Source: the human T2T-CHM13v2.0 reference genome, Homo sapiens
Length of the DNA stretch: 64,000 nt
Assembly (NCBI RefSeq): GCF_009914755.1
Contig: NC_060931.1
Strand: one strand, 5' to 3'
Shown piece after piece: positions 1 to 14,350 of the stretch. The notes beneath the pieces are model-generated. The model saw only the letters and a list, made by a program, of their open reading frames with translations, did no database searches and was not told where the DNA came from. Numbering within the stretch: the first letter of the stretch is position 1; each line of letters opens with the position of its first letter. The position numbers and the translations under genes are program-made.

Positions 1-425
1 GAGATGAAAAGATGAAACGAAATGATGAGATGAAAAGATGAAATGATGAGATGAAATGAAATGAGATGAAATGAAATGATTAGATGAAATGATGAAATGA
101 TGAGATGAAATGAAATGAAAGAATGAAATGAAATGAAATGATGAAATGATGAGATGAAATGATGAAATGATGAGATGAAGTGAAATGATGAAATGAAATG
201 TTGAGATGAAAAGGTTAAATGAAATGAAAGAATGAAATGAAATGATAAAATGATGAGATGAAATGATGAGATGAAATGATGAAATGATGAAATGAAATGA
301 AATGAGTAAATGGGATGAAATGATGAAATAATGAAATGAAGGATGAAATGAAATGACGAAATGAGGAAATGAAATGAAATGATGAAATGAAATGAAATAA
401 TGAAATGAAGTGATGAAATAGATGA
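1..425. repeat. Degenerate (GAAAT)n/(GATGA)n simple-satellite tract, truncated by the window start
   Basis: Continuous ATGAA/ATGAG/ATG units (e.g. gaaatgatgagatgaaatgaaatga), almost no C on the + strand. Confidence 0.95.
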
Positions 426-520
426 ACCAAAAATACTTACTCATTTTTTTTCTTGGCATCCTTCTAAAAGTATTTTAGTGAGGTTAATTTCTAAAAATAA
501 ATTGCTATTCAATGGCTATA

Positions 521-888
521 CAGTTGGACTTTGCACCACAGGGGTTTGAACTGTGGATGTCCACTTAGCAAAACCAAGAATTCTACATCGTTTTCCACAC
601 CCTGCCCATGAAAAGGATGAGGATGAAGACCTGTTTGATCATCTACTTCCATTTAATAACTAGTAAATATATTTTCCTTATGATTTTCTTTTTTCTTTTC
701 TCTGGCATGTTTTTAAAGAATACAGTATATAAGACATATAACATATTAAATATGTGTTAATTGTGTTATTTGTAAGGCTTACAGTAGGCTATTAGTACTT
801 AAGTTTTGGGGGAGTCAAAGTTATAGTGGATTTTCTACTGTGCAGGGGGGCCAGCACCCCAACCTCCGTGTTGCTTAAGGGTCAACTG
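521..888 (+). mobile_element. Tigger2a-like non-autonomous TcMar DNA transposon
   Basis: TA|CAGTTGGACTTTGCACCACAGG ... GTGTTGCTTAAGGGTCAACTG|TA: imperfect terminal inverted repeats with TA duplication (519-520, 889-890). Internal GATGAAGACC...AAGTTTTGGGGGAGTCAAA matches the recalled Tigger2 consensus. Confidence 0.85.
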
Positions 889-3092
889 TACGTGTTATTT
901 CCTTTCCTGTGAGAGAAAAATGATGAGAAGGTCTTTTCTCCAATAAGTGTCTTCAAAATGTAGCAGATGTGAAATGTGTTGGCGCCAGCATTTTGCGTCT
1001 CACTTTGAAACCTTATTATTTAAAATCGTACTAAAGCCTACCTTACTTTTCCAACCTTAGAAAAAAATGTTCCAAAGAAAAGGGGTGAAACCATGCTAGT
1101 TTGCCCTGAAATTTGAAATTATCTTTTAAAAATATATTTTGACATTAATTACTTCCAAAATAGAGATCAGTTGCATACAAATGGCAGGTCACCCTAATCC
1201 ACCCTATGACTGCACTTAGATTCATGAGGAATTATGCCATCTAGAAAGGGCAGAGAGGATGAATAGAGTGCTCTGCGTCTTGAAATATAAACATGCACAT
1301 AGCCACATGCTTTGATTCTGTTGTCACTGTGTACTTACTGCTAGGAAGAAGGCATGTTTGTGTATTTTTATGCTAATTATTATCCAAGTTGTTAATGATT
1401 TACGCTTTCAGAACCATATAAAGTTTTTTTTTCCTTTCAGATATAAACTATCTTGCATTGTTCTTCTGATCATATGAGGGATAAATTTGCCTAAATATTC
1501 TTCAGACCATAATAGTATGTCCATATAAATGCCAGTAGCAAGAGTAGAATCAACCACAACTGCCTATGTAATTATTTAAAGCATGTCTGCCTACTAGTAA
1601 TTGGCATTTTATATAATCAAGAATCTTTGATATAATAATCTCTCAACTATTTTAAACACGGCTCACATGTATTAATTTTCTATGCAAATATATATATATA
1701 TAGTATCAGTGTATATGAAACTAAATTTTGGACTTTAGAACAGCTTCTTAGAATCCTGACTTAAATGTCTACAGTAATAGTTGTCTTAAAAAAATTTAGC
1801 ACACTGTCACTATGATGAAAAAAGTTACTATAAATTATTTAAAAAATTTTTCCACCCTAACATTTAGAATATTCTCACATTTGTGGTTAAAACCTATTGT
1901 GATTGTTCTTAGAATTTAGATAAAAAATGTTCCAGAAAGTTTGAAGAGAAGCACCTTAGTCAATTTATAGATGTTGAAGCAGGAAGATATGGCATTTCAT
2001 TGACATTTTAAAAATTATTCAGATTCCCTCTTTGAATTCAAATGTTTCAAAGATATCTTATTTTAAAATACCAAAATAGGAATAGAATATGAAGGGCTGG
2101 TTATGAGTAATATGATACATTTTTATGAGAGGATGAGATTACAATAACAATACCTCCTCTCATAGAATAGCCAGCAAGTCTCCACTAAATAACAGTGCCT
2201 TGATTTTATAGATGTTTAATCATGGATATTGAGTTAATGTGAACCATTTGTAGACACAGGAGTTTATTAAAGAATTATATAATATCTTTCAAGTATTTAG
2301 AATAGTGTTGAAATTAAGCCTGCATCCCCACGATTTTCAGCGGTGCTGATGCCTAATTAACTCAACCCCTTGCATGCCAAAATTGGCTTAAAGCCTATCT
2401 GTTACCCAAGCTACACTTCAAGCATCAAGGTTCAAAAATGTGATTTTGAATATGCAAGAGTTTGAGGAATTCACTACTCGCACTTTCTTGAACAGTCTAT
2501 CCAAGTGCATCAAGCAAAATGTGAGTGAAGAAATTTTGACCAATGGATTGATAGTAATGTTGAATACATTTAATAGTAGACCTAAGATTAAAAGGTGAAA
2601 GTGAGGGTGAGAAGAGTGTATGAATGCTTTGTGTTCTGACAAAGAGAATGTAGCACCCAGGTCCTACCTGCTTGGATGCATTGCCAGTGCCCACGGTAGG
2701 CCATTTTATCCAGGTTTTTAGGTTTTGTTTTGTTTTGTTTTTTTCTTTTCAGGAGAGTTAGTCCAAGACCAATAATTCCATAACTGGTAGATTTGGAAGA
2801 CTTTAATAGTGCTTAACATTTTGTACATAGCTTTATAACAGTTTTCTTTTTCTTTTTTTCTGAGAGATTCTTTTCAATATACCCCATCATGATTGAACTC
2901 AAAAATCATTGGTTATATAAAATCTACAACTGCTGACGTTTTGTAACGTTCACATTCCAGGTAATTGGTTTTTTGTGCATTTTCTGTATTTTTCTCCATC
3001 AGTCTAACTAGATATTTGTTAGATTTAATATTTTAATATTTTTCTGAAAACGTGAGCTTTTGCATTATTAAATATATACCCAGTTGCTTTAA

Positions 3093-3432
<340 letters not shown>

Positions 3433-6000
3433 ACCTCCTTCATTGTTTATGTTTATTTTACTGGTTTTATCTCTCTCTCTCTCACTGTTTCTCTCCTTCT
3501 CAAATTCACTTTGCAGTTGTCAAATAGCGCAGGTGATGTTACAGATTTACTCCTTATAAAAGGAGGCATTACACATTACACATGCATCTTAGTGGCCTTA
3601 CAAAAGTGTTTGGTTTATTTGTATTGACTATTCACCTTTAAAATATTTCAATATTCATTAAAATAGCTTCCAACCAAAATTATTAGACTTATGTTTCTAG
3701 CTTTCGTTTTTGTATTGATATCTGCCTTCATTGCTGTTTGTTTAGGAAATATATTCTGTGTCACGTTATTTCCGTGAAAATTGTTTGAATGTGTGTTATG
3801 GTCTAGAAAATGTTAATTTTTGTAAGTATTCTGTATGAACATGGAAATAACATGAATTATAATATTCATGCTCCTTATATAATATTTGCCCTTTTTAAAA
3901 TCCACTAGCTTCTTTTAAAACTTACTCTTTTAATTTTTTCTTTTATCTATTACTGAAAGACGTGTGTTTGAAATGTCTATAATATTTTGGGGGCTTATCC
4001 ATTTCTACTTTCTGATATTTTTGCTTTATATAATTTGACTCTCTCTCTAAATACGTGTGTGTCTGTGTGTGTGAGAGAGAGTGTGTGGTTTGTGTATATA
4101 TATATATGTATCAGGATAATGCACATTTAAGTCATCACATCTTCCTAATAACTTAAAACTTTTATCACACTGGTTAGACTAACTTATTTTAATAAATGTT
4201 TCTAACTTACATTCTATTTTGTCTACATAGCAACTTTTTAAAAAATTATATTCATGTAGTATGTTTGTATGTGTATCATATATACACATTATCTGTATTG
4301 TTTGAACTTCAAAGTTTCTGTAAATTCATATATTAGTTGCCTCTCTTGTAACTATGATAGAGACGGATGTTTTAAATTTTGCCAATCTTTGTATTTTAAC
4401 AAAAACATTGTCTACTTAGGTTTAAGTTAATCTTTGATCATTTATACGTAATTTTGTATATTAATTTGTTGTGTATATATATATATATAAAATGTCTCAT
4501 TTTCTCCTATCACTTTCTGTCTTCTTGTTTTAAAATTATGACTTTTATTTTTATTGTTTTCATAGATACAACAGAGAAATGCATAATGTCCAGTCAATTT
4601 ATTAAAGTTCCAAAGTCGGTCGCGCGCAGTGGCTCACGCCTTTAATCTCAACACTTCGGGATGCCGAGGCGTGTGGATCACGAGGTCAGGAGTTGGAGAC
4701 TAGCCTGACCAACCTGTTGAAACCCCGTCTCTACTAAAAATACAAAAATTAGCCAGGCATGGTGGCACACGGCTGTAATCCCAGCTACTCAGGAGGCTGA
4801 GGCAGGAGAATTGCTTGAACCTGGGAGGCAGAAGTTTCAGTGAGCGGAGATGGCGCCACCGCACTCCAGCCTGGGAGAAAGAGTGAGTGAGACTCCTTCT
4901 CAGAAAAAAGAAAAAAAAAAGTGTTGCAAAATCATACCTTTCTGCTCTTGTCAGACAATTAAGGGGTCTTTGAATACTTCAGCCCTAATAATTTGCTTCC
5001 TAATATACATATTGCAGTGCTTATCTAATTTTAAATATCCTTTTGTTTCAACACCTAATTTTTTATTTAGAGCTATCTGTATGTTTACAATATATTTTGC
5101 TCTGTGTTCATTGTTTGACTTCAGAACTTCAATCTTTCTGAAGCATGTTTTCATAGTTTCTTTTTAGTTTCTTTAGTGGAATTCTGCTGGTGGCATTTTG
5201 TTTTTTGTCTCTAAATATGTTATTTAGCCATAGGTTGATGAATATATTTCTTGGTTGAGAATTTCAGAATGGCATTATTATTCTTAACAAATAATATTGT
5301 TTATTTTACCTTTCATGCTTTCAGATTTCAATATGATTAAAGGTAATTTGATTTTCCTAGTGCTAATTGAAAAAATTTTTCCCTTCCTGATTGTTTACTA
5401 TTTCTTTAGGAGATATGTAGATGTAGGTTTCTCTCCATTGTAGCTTGCTTAACATGTATAGAAGTTTTGAATATGCGGATTAGTGTCTTACAAAAGTCTT
5501 GAGAAATTTCAGCCAAAATACCATCTCATATTGTCCCTTCCCAGTTCCCGTCTTCTATGAGAACACTCATAATCACATGCTACACTTTCTCACTGTATCT
5601 TCCATGTCTCTGCATGATTCTGTCCACATTGTGCATTTTTTAAAATTTTCTGTAATGCATTCTGAAATATTTAGGAACTCTCACCATGGCCATGTGTAAT
5701 CTGATGAGTTCAGTTTTGAGTTTTTAATTTAAAATACTATATACAAACTACTTTTCAAATTTGCTACATCAATTTTTTAGTCTCCTAAAAATATATTCAT
5801 TTTTTTAAAAATTTTTTGAAAGCAAATGTGCTTTATAATCTAACAGTGATATTTCTACTAATGAACCTTTGTGGATCTGTTTGTACTCTTTTTCTGCTTT
5901 CCTTTCAAATGGTGGAATATCATTTCCTTGCATACTTTGATGCCTTTGAATGACAAAGATTTATTTTTCTCTGAAAATTATTATTGTGCACTTTTGCATA
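3433..6000 (-). mobile_element. Old, fragmented L1M (mammalian-wide LINE-1) sequence, interrupted by the Alu at 4618-4920
   Basis: T-rich antisense-L1-like text, e.g. 5480-5620 (gagaaatttcagccaaaat...). Boundaries approximate. Confidence 0.5.
4618..4920 (+). mobile_element. Alu SINE (AluS, Sg-like)
   Basis: GGTCGCGCGCAGTGGCTCACGCC...GGATCACGAGGTCAGGAG...CACTCCAGCCTGGG, poly-A tail. Diverged TSD-like flanks aagttccaaagtc / gtgttgcaaaatc. Confidence 0.95.
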
Positions 6001-9000
6001 TTAGTAGGAAGAAAATTTGCCAAAGAGAATTTGATTTTTTTGTGAGTCTACTAAAGGCACCAGCATTCTGGGACCACATTATATTAATTCTTGACCTAAA
6101 GGTGTTTGGACGTATGTTTGGACAGCACATTTAAACAATTTTTAAATTAATTGCTGTAAATCATTAATGATTGAGTTTCTTTAAATCTGTCCAATCTCAA
6201 GTCGTTTTTATTTGCCATTTCCAGGGAATGTGAAATGGGACTAATTTACCTCTGATTCTTCTTTATACTGAGGATATAAATTTTGGTGCTAGCTTTAGGG
6301 AAGAGCTCCTGTGTGATGCCCTATCTTGGGAAACACTATGTATTTCTTTACTGTCCTATGTGATGTATGACAGTAGGAATCTGCACTCATTCATTTTGCT
6401 ACATGTCCGTAGGGCAAAATCAGTTTCAGTGTTCAGGTGTATTTTGTCTGCTCCCTGCATTCCCATGGTTTTGGCCTTATATTTTACTTTATTTTGTGAA
6501 CATACCAATGCTTCAATTTTTTTCCAGTGATATAATCAACTATACTATAAGAAAGAGAAAAATTTTGATAAAACACAAATTTCATGTTTTCCTACCCTAA
6601 TTGGCTTTTATGTAAAAATACAGGTAAAATTTATTTGTGCTTTTTTGCTCTTTCTGTTTTGCTATTCTCTGTTTGTCTATGTCTTCACCACATAGACACA
6701 ATTAGGGAATTTTGTACACTCTTGTGCCAACTGCTTTGATGGTAACAAAATGTATTTCTCGAACTCCTAGGTATAAAACTCAAGTATCCACGATTTAAAT
6801 TCTTTTTTGCTCACTTCTATTATGTTTCCAGTCTCAATAGAAATCGATGCCAATCCAGAAATACAAGCATTATTCTAATACTTCTCACACATTACTGTTA
6901 TAGTTTAAATTTTCTAGATCTCCTTAAATACTATCATTTTTCACTACTTGTATCTTAACTGTTAAGTTCAACATTTTCTATAATATTAATATATTGTGAA
7001 AATTTCCTTACTTTCTTATTTGTCCCAGGTTCAATGTTTTGCAGTCTCTACCTCACCCTGTGAAGCATAAACATTGTACATGCTGTACAAATAATACTTC
7101 GTTCATGTACTTAGAGATTGCACAGTTTTTATTTGGTTGACAATAGCTAATGTTTTCTTCTTCATTTTCTATTTCCTGATTTTTCTTTATTTAGTATAGA
7201 CTACATTGTCATACAAATAAGAACGTTTTACATACTAAAGGAAAAGCAACCCTAGGAATAAAATGCACAAATAAAATATATAAACATACATTTAGATGTA
7301 CCACGTCCCCTTGTAATTTATTTAGACCTTTAATTTTAGTACAATTTTAATTAAAGTCTGTGTAATATCTGTCCTCGTCTTAGTATTTTTTATATAATAC
7401 ATTGTGTAAATCAAAAAGCCTCAATGTCATTATAAACTATCTTGGCAGAGGTTGATCCCCAAGGAATAATTTCTCTCCCAAATTATGCCAACCAGAATTT
7501 CACTCTACCGTAATTCTTTTAATCAGTTTCAGAGGAACAATAAATTTCAAAATTGTTCAAGGTACTTCTTTTAGTTCAAATACCTTTTGACAGGTGTAAA
7601 ACTGTAGACAGACTGATACAAACATATTCTAATTGACTCAAAATTATGTGGGACCTATTTTAAAATCTAGATTTTAAAATGTCGTGTCAACATACACATG
7701 TTCTCCTTGTGAAATAATTTCTTTTATTCTCTGGATAGAATAATCTTTAAACCTTCAATTCACTGTTAGAAACAAAATATTACATAAGGATATGCTTATA
7801 AAACTAATTCCCAACTAGCTGTTCAATTGAGAAATATCTGTGAAAAATCATCAAACATCTAATGGATTTCAAGGAGAAATGGGTTAGTAATTTATTCCAT
7901 ATGTCTCAATTTTTCCTAGACTCAAGTCTTCCTTTAAAATAATTGTAGGCATTTAAGAAACCATGTAAACTAAAAAGAAGAAATTGTGACACTGCCGCTT
8001 AGGTTTTTTAAATCTTTGGACATGATTCAATATATTTTTTAAATTGTATCTTAATTAGACATTGTGAGTTCACCATCTTCCTGTCAGTATAGCATCCAAG
8101 TTGATTATCATAGATTGGAAGTTCAACTATCAACTGTGTTCTGAGAGTCTAAAAAAATAAATGAACGTATTTGTTTGGGTATTCTTAAAGCAGTTGTGAG
8201 GACACAGCGAAAGTAAGACAAGGAAAAGAGAACAAAATAAAACAGGAAAGATAGAAAAGCCAATACCACACGTGTTAAGAGGTAAGTTCCTGTATTAGAT
8301 ATCTGGACTTAATTTTATGGGAAGCTATGTGGAGCATGCCTAAGAATTACATCACTGAATCCAGGGAGATTCTTCTTAGTTACCCTCACCTTTTCTTCCC
8401 ACTTCTTCATGCCCAGTAACAAGCTCCCGTGCTGCTAGAGAAAGTCCTCAGCTAGAAACTGGTGCAAATTCTGGAGATGAGACCTTGTAGAGTGTTAAGT
8501 ATGGTTTTCTTCCCAGTAGCTACAAGTAAGGAATAGGGGCTGGGCTATTAATACATCTGCTACAAACCAATAAAGCCCTTATGCTCCTTTTGGTGATCGA
8601 CAATGTATTTAAAAATATTAGATGATCAAGAAGGGCTGCAGAAAGGAGGAAACAGAAACAAACAGCACACCTCTTGGTTTATTTTTATTCATTTCATCAG
8701 TTTCAAGGAAAATATGTTGGGAGTTCCTGGCATAGAGAATGTCACAAAGACATGTTTTCAATAATAGTGCTATCCCTAGGGCAGAGAAGACCCAGAGAAA
8801 GCCCAAGTGGCTGCTGGAACAAAGTCAGACACCATGCCAGCTGTCCACACTCCTTGGCTCTGCCATCATGCTGAAGATCGCTTTAAAGGACTGGCTTCCC
8901 TCCCCCGAAAATTAAAAGAGCACAGACTGAGAAACTGAATGTGGGAGAAAGCAGTGGATTATGCTGTTCTCAGGGGTCACCTCAGGTTTGGAAGCATTCT

Positions 9001-11041
9001 TTCAAATTAACCCATCTCAGGCCATCTGCAGAGAAGAAAGGTGGTACCTAACTTTTTTTCTTGTCAGCATTTGGTAGGGGTGTTTTATTGACCAAATATG
9101 TTCCCACAACCTAGTTTTTTGTGACTGACTAAATATAGTAGAGTTTTAAATTTTATCATCAAAATCTATAGACAATTTTTGTTGAAAATAGACTCCATAT
9201 CTATGTCCTGCTTTTCTTCTTCTTATTAATTACATTGCTGTATAAAAGAACAAGGCTTCAGAATGAAGATTATCTTGTCTCTTGGCATTGAATTTATACA
9301 AGGTACTCTTTCTTTAAGGCTGTCTCAAAGGACATATTTTTACTCATTAAAAAGGAAGATCGGAATCTAGTTGTATGCACTGCTCCAACATATTAATAAT
9401 TAAAATTAGGAGGTAAATGAGTTCAAAGCTATAGAAAGACTGAGATGTCATTTATATTGATTACTGTATAGCACTCTACAAACAGAAATTGTTAAATAAT
9501 AGTTTATATAAATATTTTGTAGCATTTCAAATATTTGAGTGCTTGAAGTTTCTCCTCTTGTATAGTTCAGATTATCAATTTGAAGACTTATTCCGCTAGT
9601 TAATATGTTTTTAGTCTCGTTTGAGTATTATATAAAAGCAATTTTCAGTTAAATGGGTTTCGCTTACATAAAACGTTACAAATTATTGACGATTTAATTA
9701 CTTATTCATGTTCCTGTAATGTCTTTAGAAGATTTTATTATTATTACCTATCAATATATGTATGCTTTGTCAAAGAAAAATCAAACATATATATCATTGA
9801 AATTGAAACTTTTTAAAAGTGCTTATTAATTCTATTGAAAAACCACATCCATAGGAAAAATTACAATATAATATTGTGAACATGTAAACATATACCCTAT
9901 GTCTGTTTTATGTATAAGCATATATGATTAAAAATATAGTGAAGAATTTTTAAACCTAGTAATATAAGTAAAAATTAGTTAACTTCTGATGATTATTTGT
10001 TAATTAAGATAAAATTATTTTGATTTGGGTGATTTTAAATAACGAAAAATATTAAATTACATGACAAAAATTCTTTATAAAATGTTTATGATTTTTACAT
10101 TGGTTTTATCACTTTATTCCACTATTTTATTTTAAGATGACCTGTCTTGTTTAAAACACTGTATTCATCTTAATTAAATTAAATTTCATTTGTAAAAAAA
10201 TTAAGAAATGATTTGCTCTATTGTACAGTGTGGTTATAACCTGAGTCAGTATCTCAAGATTTGATCCCCATTATCAACATCTGTGGCCCCATTTGTTTTA
10301 TAAATGTATTGTCTTTTTCCATGCCTGTCACATCTCTATTGCTCTTTCATTTTTCTCTTTGTCCCTTATAGAGAGCATTGCCTATCTCTAGATTAAGCAA
10401 AAGTTGCATCTTAATAAACACAATAACCTGCTCAATCTTTCTCACACAGAGAAATGTTTGTTAAGTAATTAACGTGTAGATGATGATACAAAGAGCTTGA
10501 TTAAATTAGATGCCAAAGTACCCTTGTGATTCAGAATATGAATGGTATTTAATTTCCTTGAAATCATTAATTGCTGAGTGACATTAATTAATGCCAATAT
10601 TCCAGAAGTTGTTCTAGTTAGTGAAATGTATACAACATGCAAAAGATTCAGAACTCTGAAGGGCAATATTTTTCTATAATTAAGAATTAAGAATTAATTC
10701 ACATTAAGTATTTGGGAGAAATAATTATTAAGAATTAATGACTGAAAATGTGTTTTTATTTTTTATTTAGAAAATTATTTTGTTCATGAGCATTACCGCA
10801 AGTTTTGCAAGAAACATAAATTTAAAGAAACAATTATGTGCACAAGATGAATTTAATAACATCTTGATATTTTCTACGATTACAGTTTTATTTGGTAAAT
10901 CTTTAAATGCACATCATCTAAAGATAATAAATGAATCTTGGAAATCTTGTAGGTAAGGGTAAATATTAGGATGCATCCAGTTACATTTACACACACATAC
11001 AGTTACATTTACACACACATACATGCATACAGACTGATACA

Positions 11042-11049
<8 letters not shown>

Positions 11050-11090
<41 letters not shown>
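11050..11090. repeat. (TA)n microsatellite, much longer than the paralogous site at ~28493-28504
   Basis: About 20 TA units read directly. Confidence 0.95.
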
Positions 11091-11093
<3 letters not shown>

Positions 11094-11366
11094 TTTACCA
11101 ATTCATTTTAACTAATATTTATAAGAGCCAGTTGGATTGATATATATTGTGGACATTGAAAAATATTTATTATATACCTGTTTAAAATACACAAAGAAAT
11201 AAATAATAATTGCACTAGGCATTTGAAACTGTACTAAAATAAAAGCTGTGAACATTTTGTGATCATTGCAAAGTCTTACACTGAATAAATATTTTTAATT
11301 TTACAATATTAATATGTTTGATACCTGTGTACATTTTTTACAATGTGTTATTTTATTTTTGTCGTA

Positions 11367-11708
11367 GAGTCATGTCATGCATAATAACATTTCAGTCAAA
11401 GATGGATTACATATACAAAAGTGGTCCCATGAGATTATAATACATATTTTTACATACTTTTCTACGTTTAAGTATGTTTAGATACATAACCTCTTTCCAC
11501 TGTGTTCTTATTGCCTGCAGTATTCAGTACAGTAAGGTAGTACACGGGTTTGTAGCCTGGGAGAGAGAGGCTATACCATATAACCTAGACGTGGTAGGCT
11601 GCACAATCTAGGTGTTTGTAATATTCTCTGTGATGTTTGCAAAATGATGAAATTGCCTATGGATACATCTGTTAGAACGTATCCCTATCACTCAGTGATG
11701 TGTGACTG
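11367..11708 (+). mobile_element. Tigger3a (Golem_A/MER7A)-like DNA transposon, copy 1
   Basis: TA|GAGTCATG...GTGGTCCCATGAGATTATAATAC...TGTGACTG|TA: terminal inverted repeats, TA TSD, ~340 bp. Confidence 0.85.
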
Positions 11709-12254
11709 TACTAAAATGCTCAATGTAAGTTTCAATGTCCTCCATAAAATTGTTTTACTGTGAAATACAAATCTGTCACCCATGGCATGAATATGTTTGC
11801 AAACTAAGCAGATCATGGGAAGGAGAATGTGCTGGCATCGCTGGGATGATTTTCTCACACTACATGAATAATATCTACAGAATTCGTGAATATGAGCCAC
11901 TTGCATAGATTTAAAGTAGGCATCTCTTTGCTGGGAAATTTATCAAATGGGAATATGAAGTGTTTTTAAAAGATACTTGTTTGTTTGTAGCTGGTAGGCC
12001 TACAGTGGCTCATGGCAATGGTTGAGGTTGCTAAGATTTGGTGGAAGGAGGCAAAATGAAATGGCCACTTATATGGTATATGGTACATGGATCACTTGTT
12101 TCTGTTGAGTTACAGACTTAGCTGGCTATTTCTCCCAATGTTAGTTATTTGGAGAAAAAAGAAACGTGATGGTAATTTTGGGGTAACAAATACAATATTT
12201 GATGAAAGCAAATTTATTGAGGGTTAGACAAACTACAAGATACTTTAGGCCGCA

Positions 12255-12620
12255 ATGTCAACGTGAGACTTCTGGCCCAAATTGTGCAGAGTTTGCGTCC
12301 AGCTGCACAGTTCAAAGGAAGAGGCCATATAAGAGGCTTCTCACTTCTGAAACCAACTGCCAGTTCAGGGGTTTCCCCTGAACACCCTCAGTTTCAAGAA
12401 TTGACTAGAAAGACTCACAGAACTCATTGAATGCCATTGTACTCATGGTTTATAATAGAGAAAGGGTAGAAATTAGGACCAATTGAAGAGACATATCATA
12501 AAAGGTGGAATCTAGGAGATTTTGAATGGTAAGTTTCCCTTGTCTTCAGGACATATTACCTGTCATTGTTGTACAGCAATAAACATGGAGTACTACCAAC
12601 CTGGGGAGCTCACCTGATGC
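12255..12620 (-). mobile_element. MER21-group LTR fragment, copy 1
   Basis: ACTTCTGAAACCAACTGCCAGTTCAGGGG...AGAAAGACTCACAGAACTCA resembles the recalled MER21 antisense. Confidence 0.6.
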
Positions 12621-12621
12621 T

Positions 12622-12965
12622 AAAAAGACACTATTTAGAAAATGAAAAGACAAATGAAAGGATGAGATAAGATGACCTTACACATTAAGGCACTGGAAAG
12701 AATAGCAAACTAAACCTAAAGCAAGCAGAAGGAAGAAAATAAAAATTAGAGAAATTAATAATTTATAATAATAGTATTTGTTAGTGTTGAATAATTGATA
12801 TTAATTCTTGACCAGCTTTTTTAAAAAAGGGAAATATTCACTTCCCAATTTATTCTGTGGGGCCAGTGTTACCTTGATACAAAGATTAGTCCAAATAGAA
12901 TAGAAAAATAAAACTACTATAAGTATAAATGCAAAATTCCTTAAAAAATACTAACAAATCAGATC
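12622..12965 (+). mobile_element. L1M ORF2-region fragment truncated by the copy-1 deletion
   Basis: AAACTAAACCTAAAGCAAGCAGAAGGAAG and GGCCAGTGTTACCTTGATAC are L1 ORF2-like. The element continues intact in copy 2. Confidence 0.75.
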
Positions 12966-13701
12966 AAAATATAATTTTGGATCTTTCTATTTCACCTTTT
13001 ATTTCTTTCCTGTTTTACCTCATGTATTTGGAGGTTCTGTTGTTAGCTGCATACCCTAATTAGTAGGATGTTCACATCTTCTTGAGAATTGATTATTCTA
13101 TTATCTATTATCTCTCATCTCTGATACCATTTCTTGTTCCGAACTCTGTTGTGTCTAATAACAATGTAGTCCTTCCACAGCCTTATTTTAGTGTTTCCAT
13201 GATATGGCTTTCTCCATATCTTGATGATAACCTATTTATATCTCTATATATTTGGAGCAAGATATAAAATTTTGACTTGATTTTTTAAAGATTTTTCAAG
13301 ATGTAATTCTTGTTTCTTTTTGTTCTATTTGACATTCTCTGAGTTTCCTATATTTGAAGTTTGATTTTCTGTCACTTCTTTTTAGAATATTTTTGGCAGT
13401 TATTTTGAAAAATACTTCTTTTGCTCCATTATTTTTCCCTCTTTTCTTTTTGGGATTTCAATCATAACTAGAGTACGTAATTTCATCTCAGTCTTATGCA
13501 GGTACCTTTTCTCAGGGTCTCAGGAATGTAGCCTTCCCACACTTCTGTTCTTTTCCTGGCTGTGTTGGTGAGCTCAGTGATATTCCTCCTTCACCTTCAA
13601 GAGCAGTTTTGTTTTGTTTTTCCTGTTTTCATACCTCCAGCATCAGGAGTATTCTAAGTGTGGCAGTTTTTGTTGCCTTCCCCTACATATTAAGTGGAAT
13701 A

Positions 13702-13980
13702 TCTTGGTCTATTTGGACTCTTATAACAAAATAACATAAACTGAGTGACTAAAAAGCAATAGATATTTCTTTTTTCACACTTCTTGAGGCTGTAAGATCT
13801 CAGGTCAAGACGCTCCCCAATTCAGTGTTGATGAGAGCCCATTTCATGTTTCATAGATGGTGCCTTCTTTCTATGTCTTCACATAGTGGAAGGCACACAA
13901 GAACTCCATTGAGCTTCTTTTATAAAGACACTAATCCCATTCATAAGGGCTCGGCCCCCAAGACCTGGTCACCTCCCAAG
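13702..13980 (-). mobile_element. MLT1A-like MaLR LTR fragment, copy 1
   Basis: TCTTGGTC..TATAACAAAATAACATAAACTG...CTTTTATAAAGACACTAATCCCATTCAT..TCACCTCCCAA. Confidence 0.8.
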
Positions 13981-14350
13981 TGTTCTGCTCTCCCTGATCT
14001 GTGTCATATACAGACTCTCTTCGATTCCTTACCAATTGCTTGAGAGATAGCAGTGGGTTTGTGGGGAAAAAATTTTCAAGATGATGGATCTTTCCCAACT
14101 TCTGCAGCTGTCAGCGGTCTCCCAATCTCACCAGCCCCACTTTGTCTTTAGGAATTTATTGATTTTTCCAGCTTTACTTGTCATAGTGGTGTCTATTTGC
14201 ATCTGTCCTATGTAAGTGCATCTGTCCCCTTTCTCCTTGCAGGTACAAGTACTCAGGAGTACACTGTTGTTACTAATTATTCAGTATTGGTTGGTACTTT
14301 GTCAAAGATCAAAGAACATTTTTAAAGATTAAAAAAATTCTTGGAGGTTG

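Larger units (their letters stand above)
6754..12965 (+). repeat. Segmental duplication block A (copy 1), paralog of 24185-30364
   Basis: Colinear from ATTTCTCGAACTCCTA(G/A)GTATAAAAC to AACAAATCAGATC. Five mismatches in 250 bp at 8641-8890 versus its paralog. Confidence 0.97.

Noticed and set aside
215-430. 71-aa His/Phe/Ile/Ser-rich ORF
   Set aside because: Translation of the (CATTT)n simple repeat.
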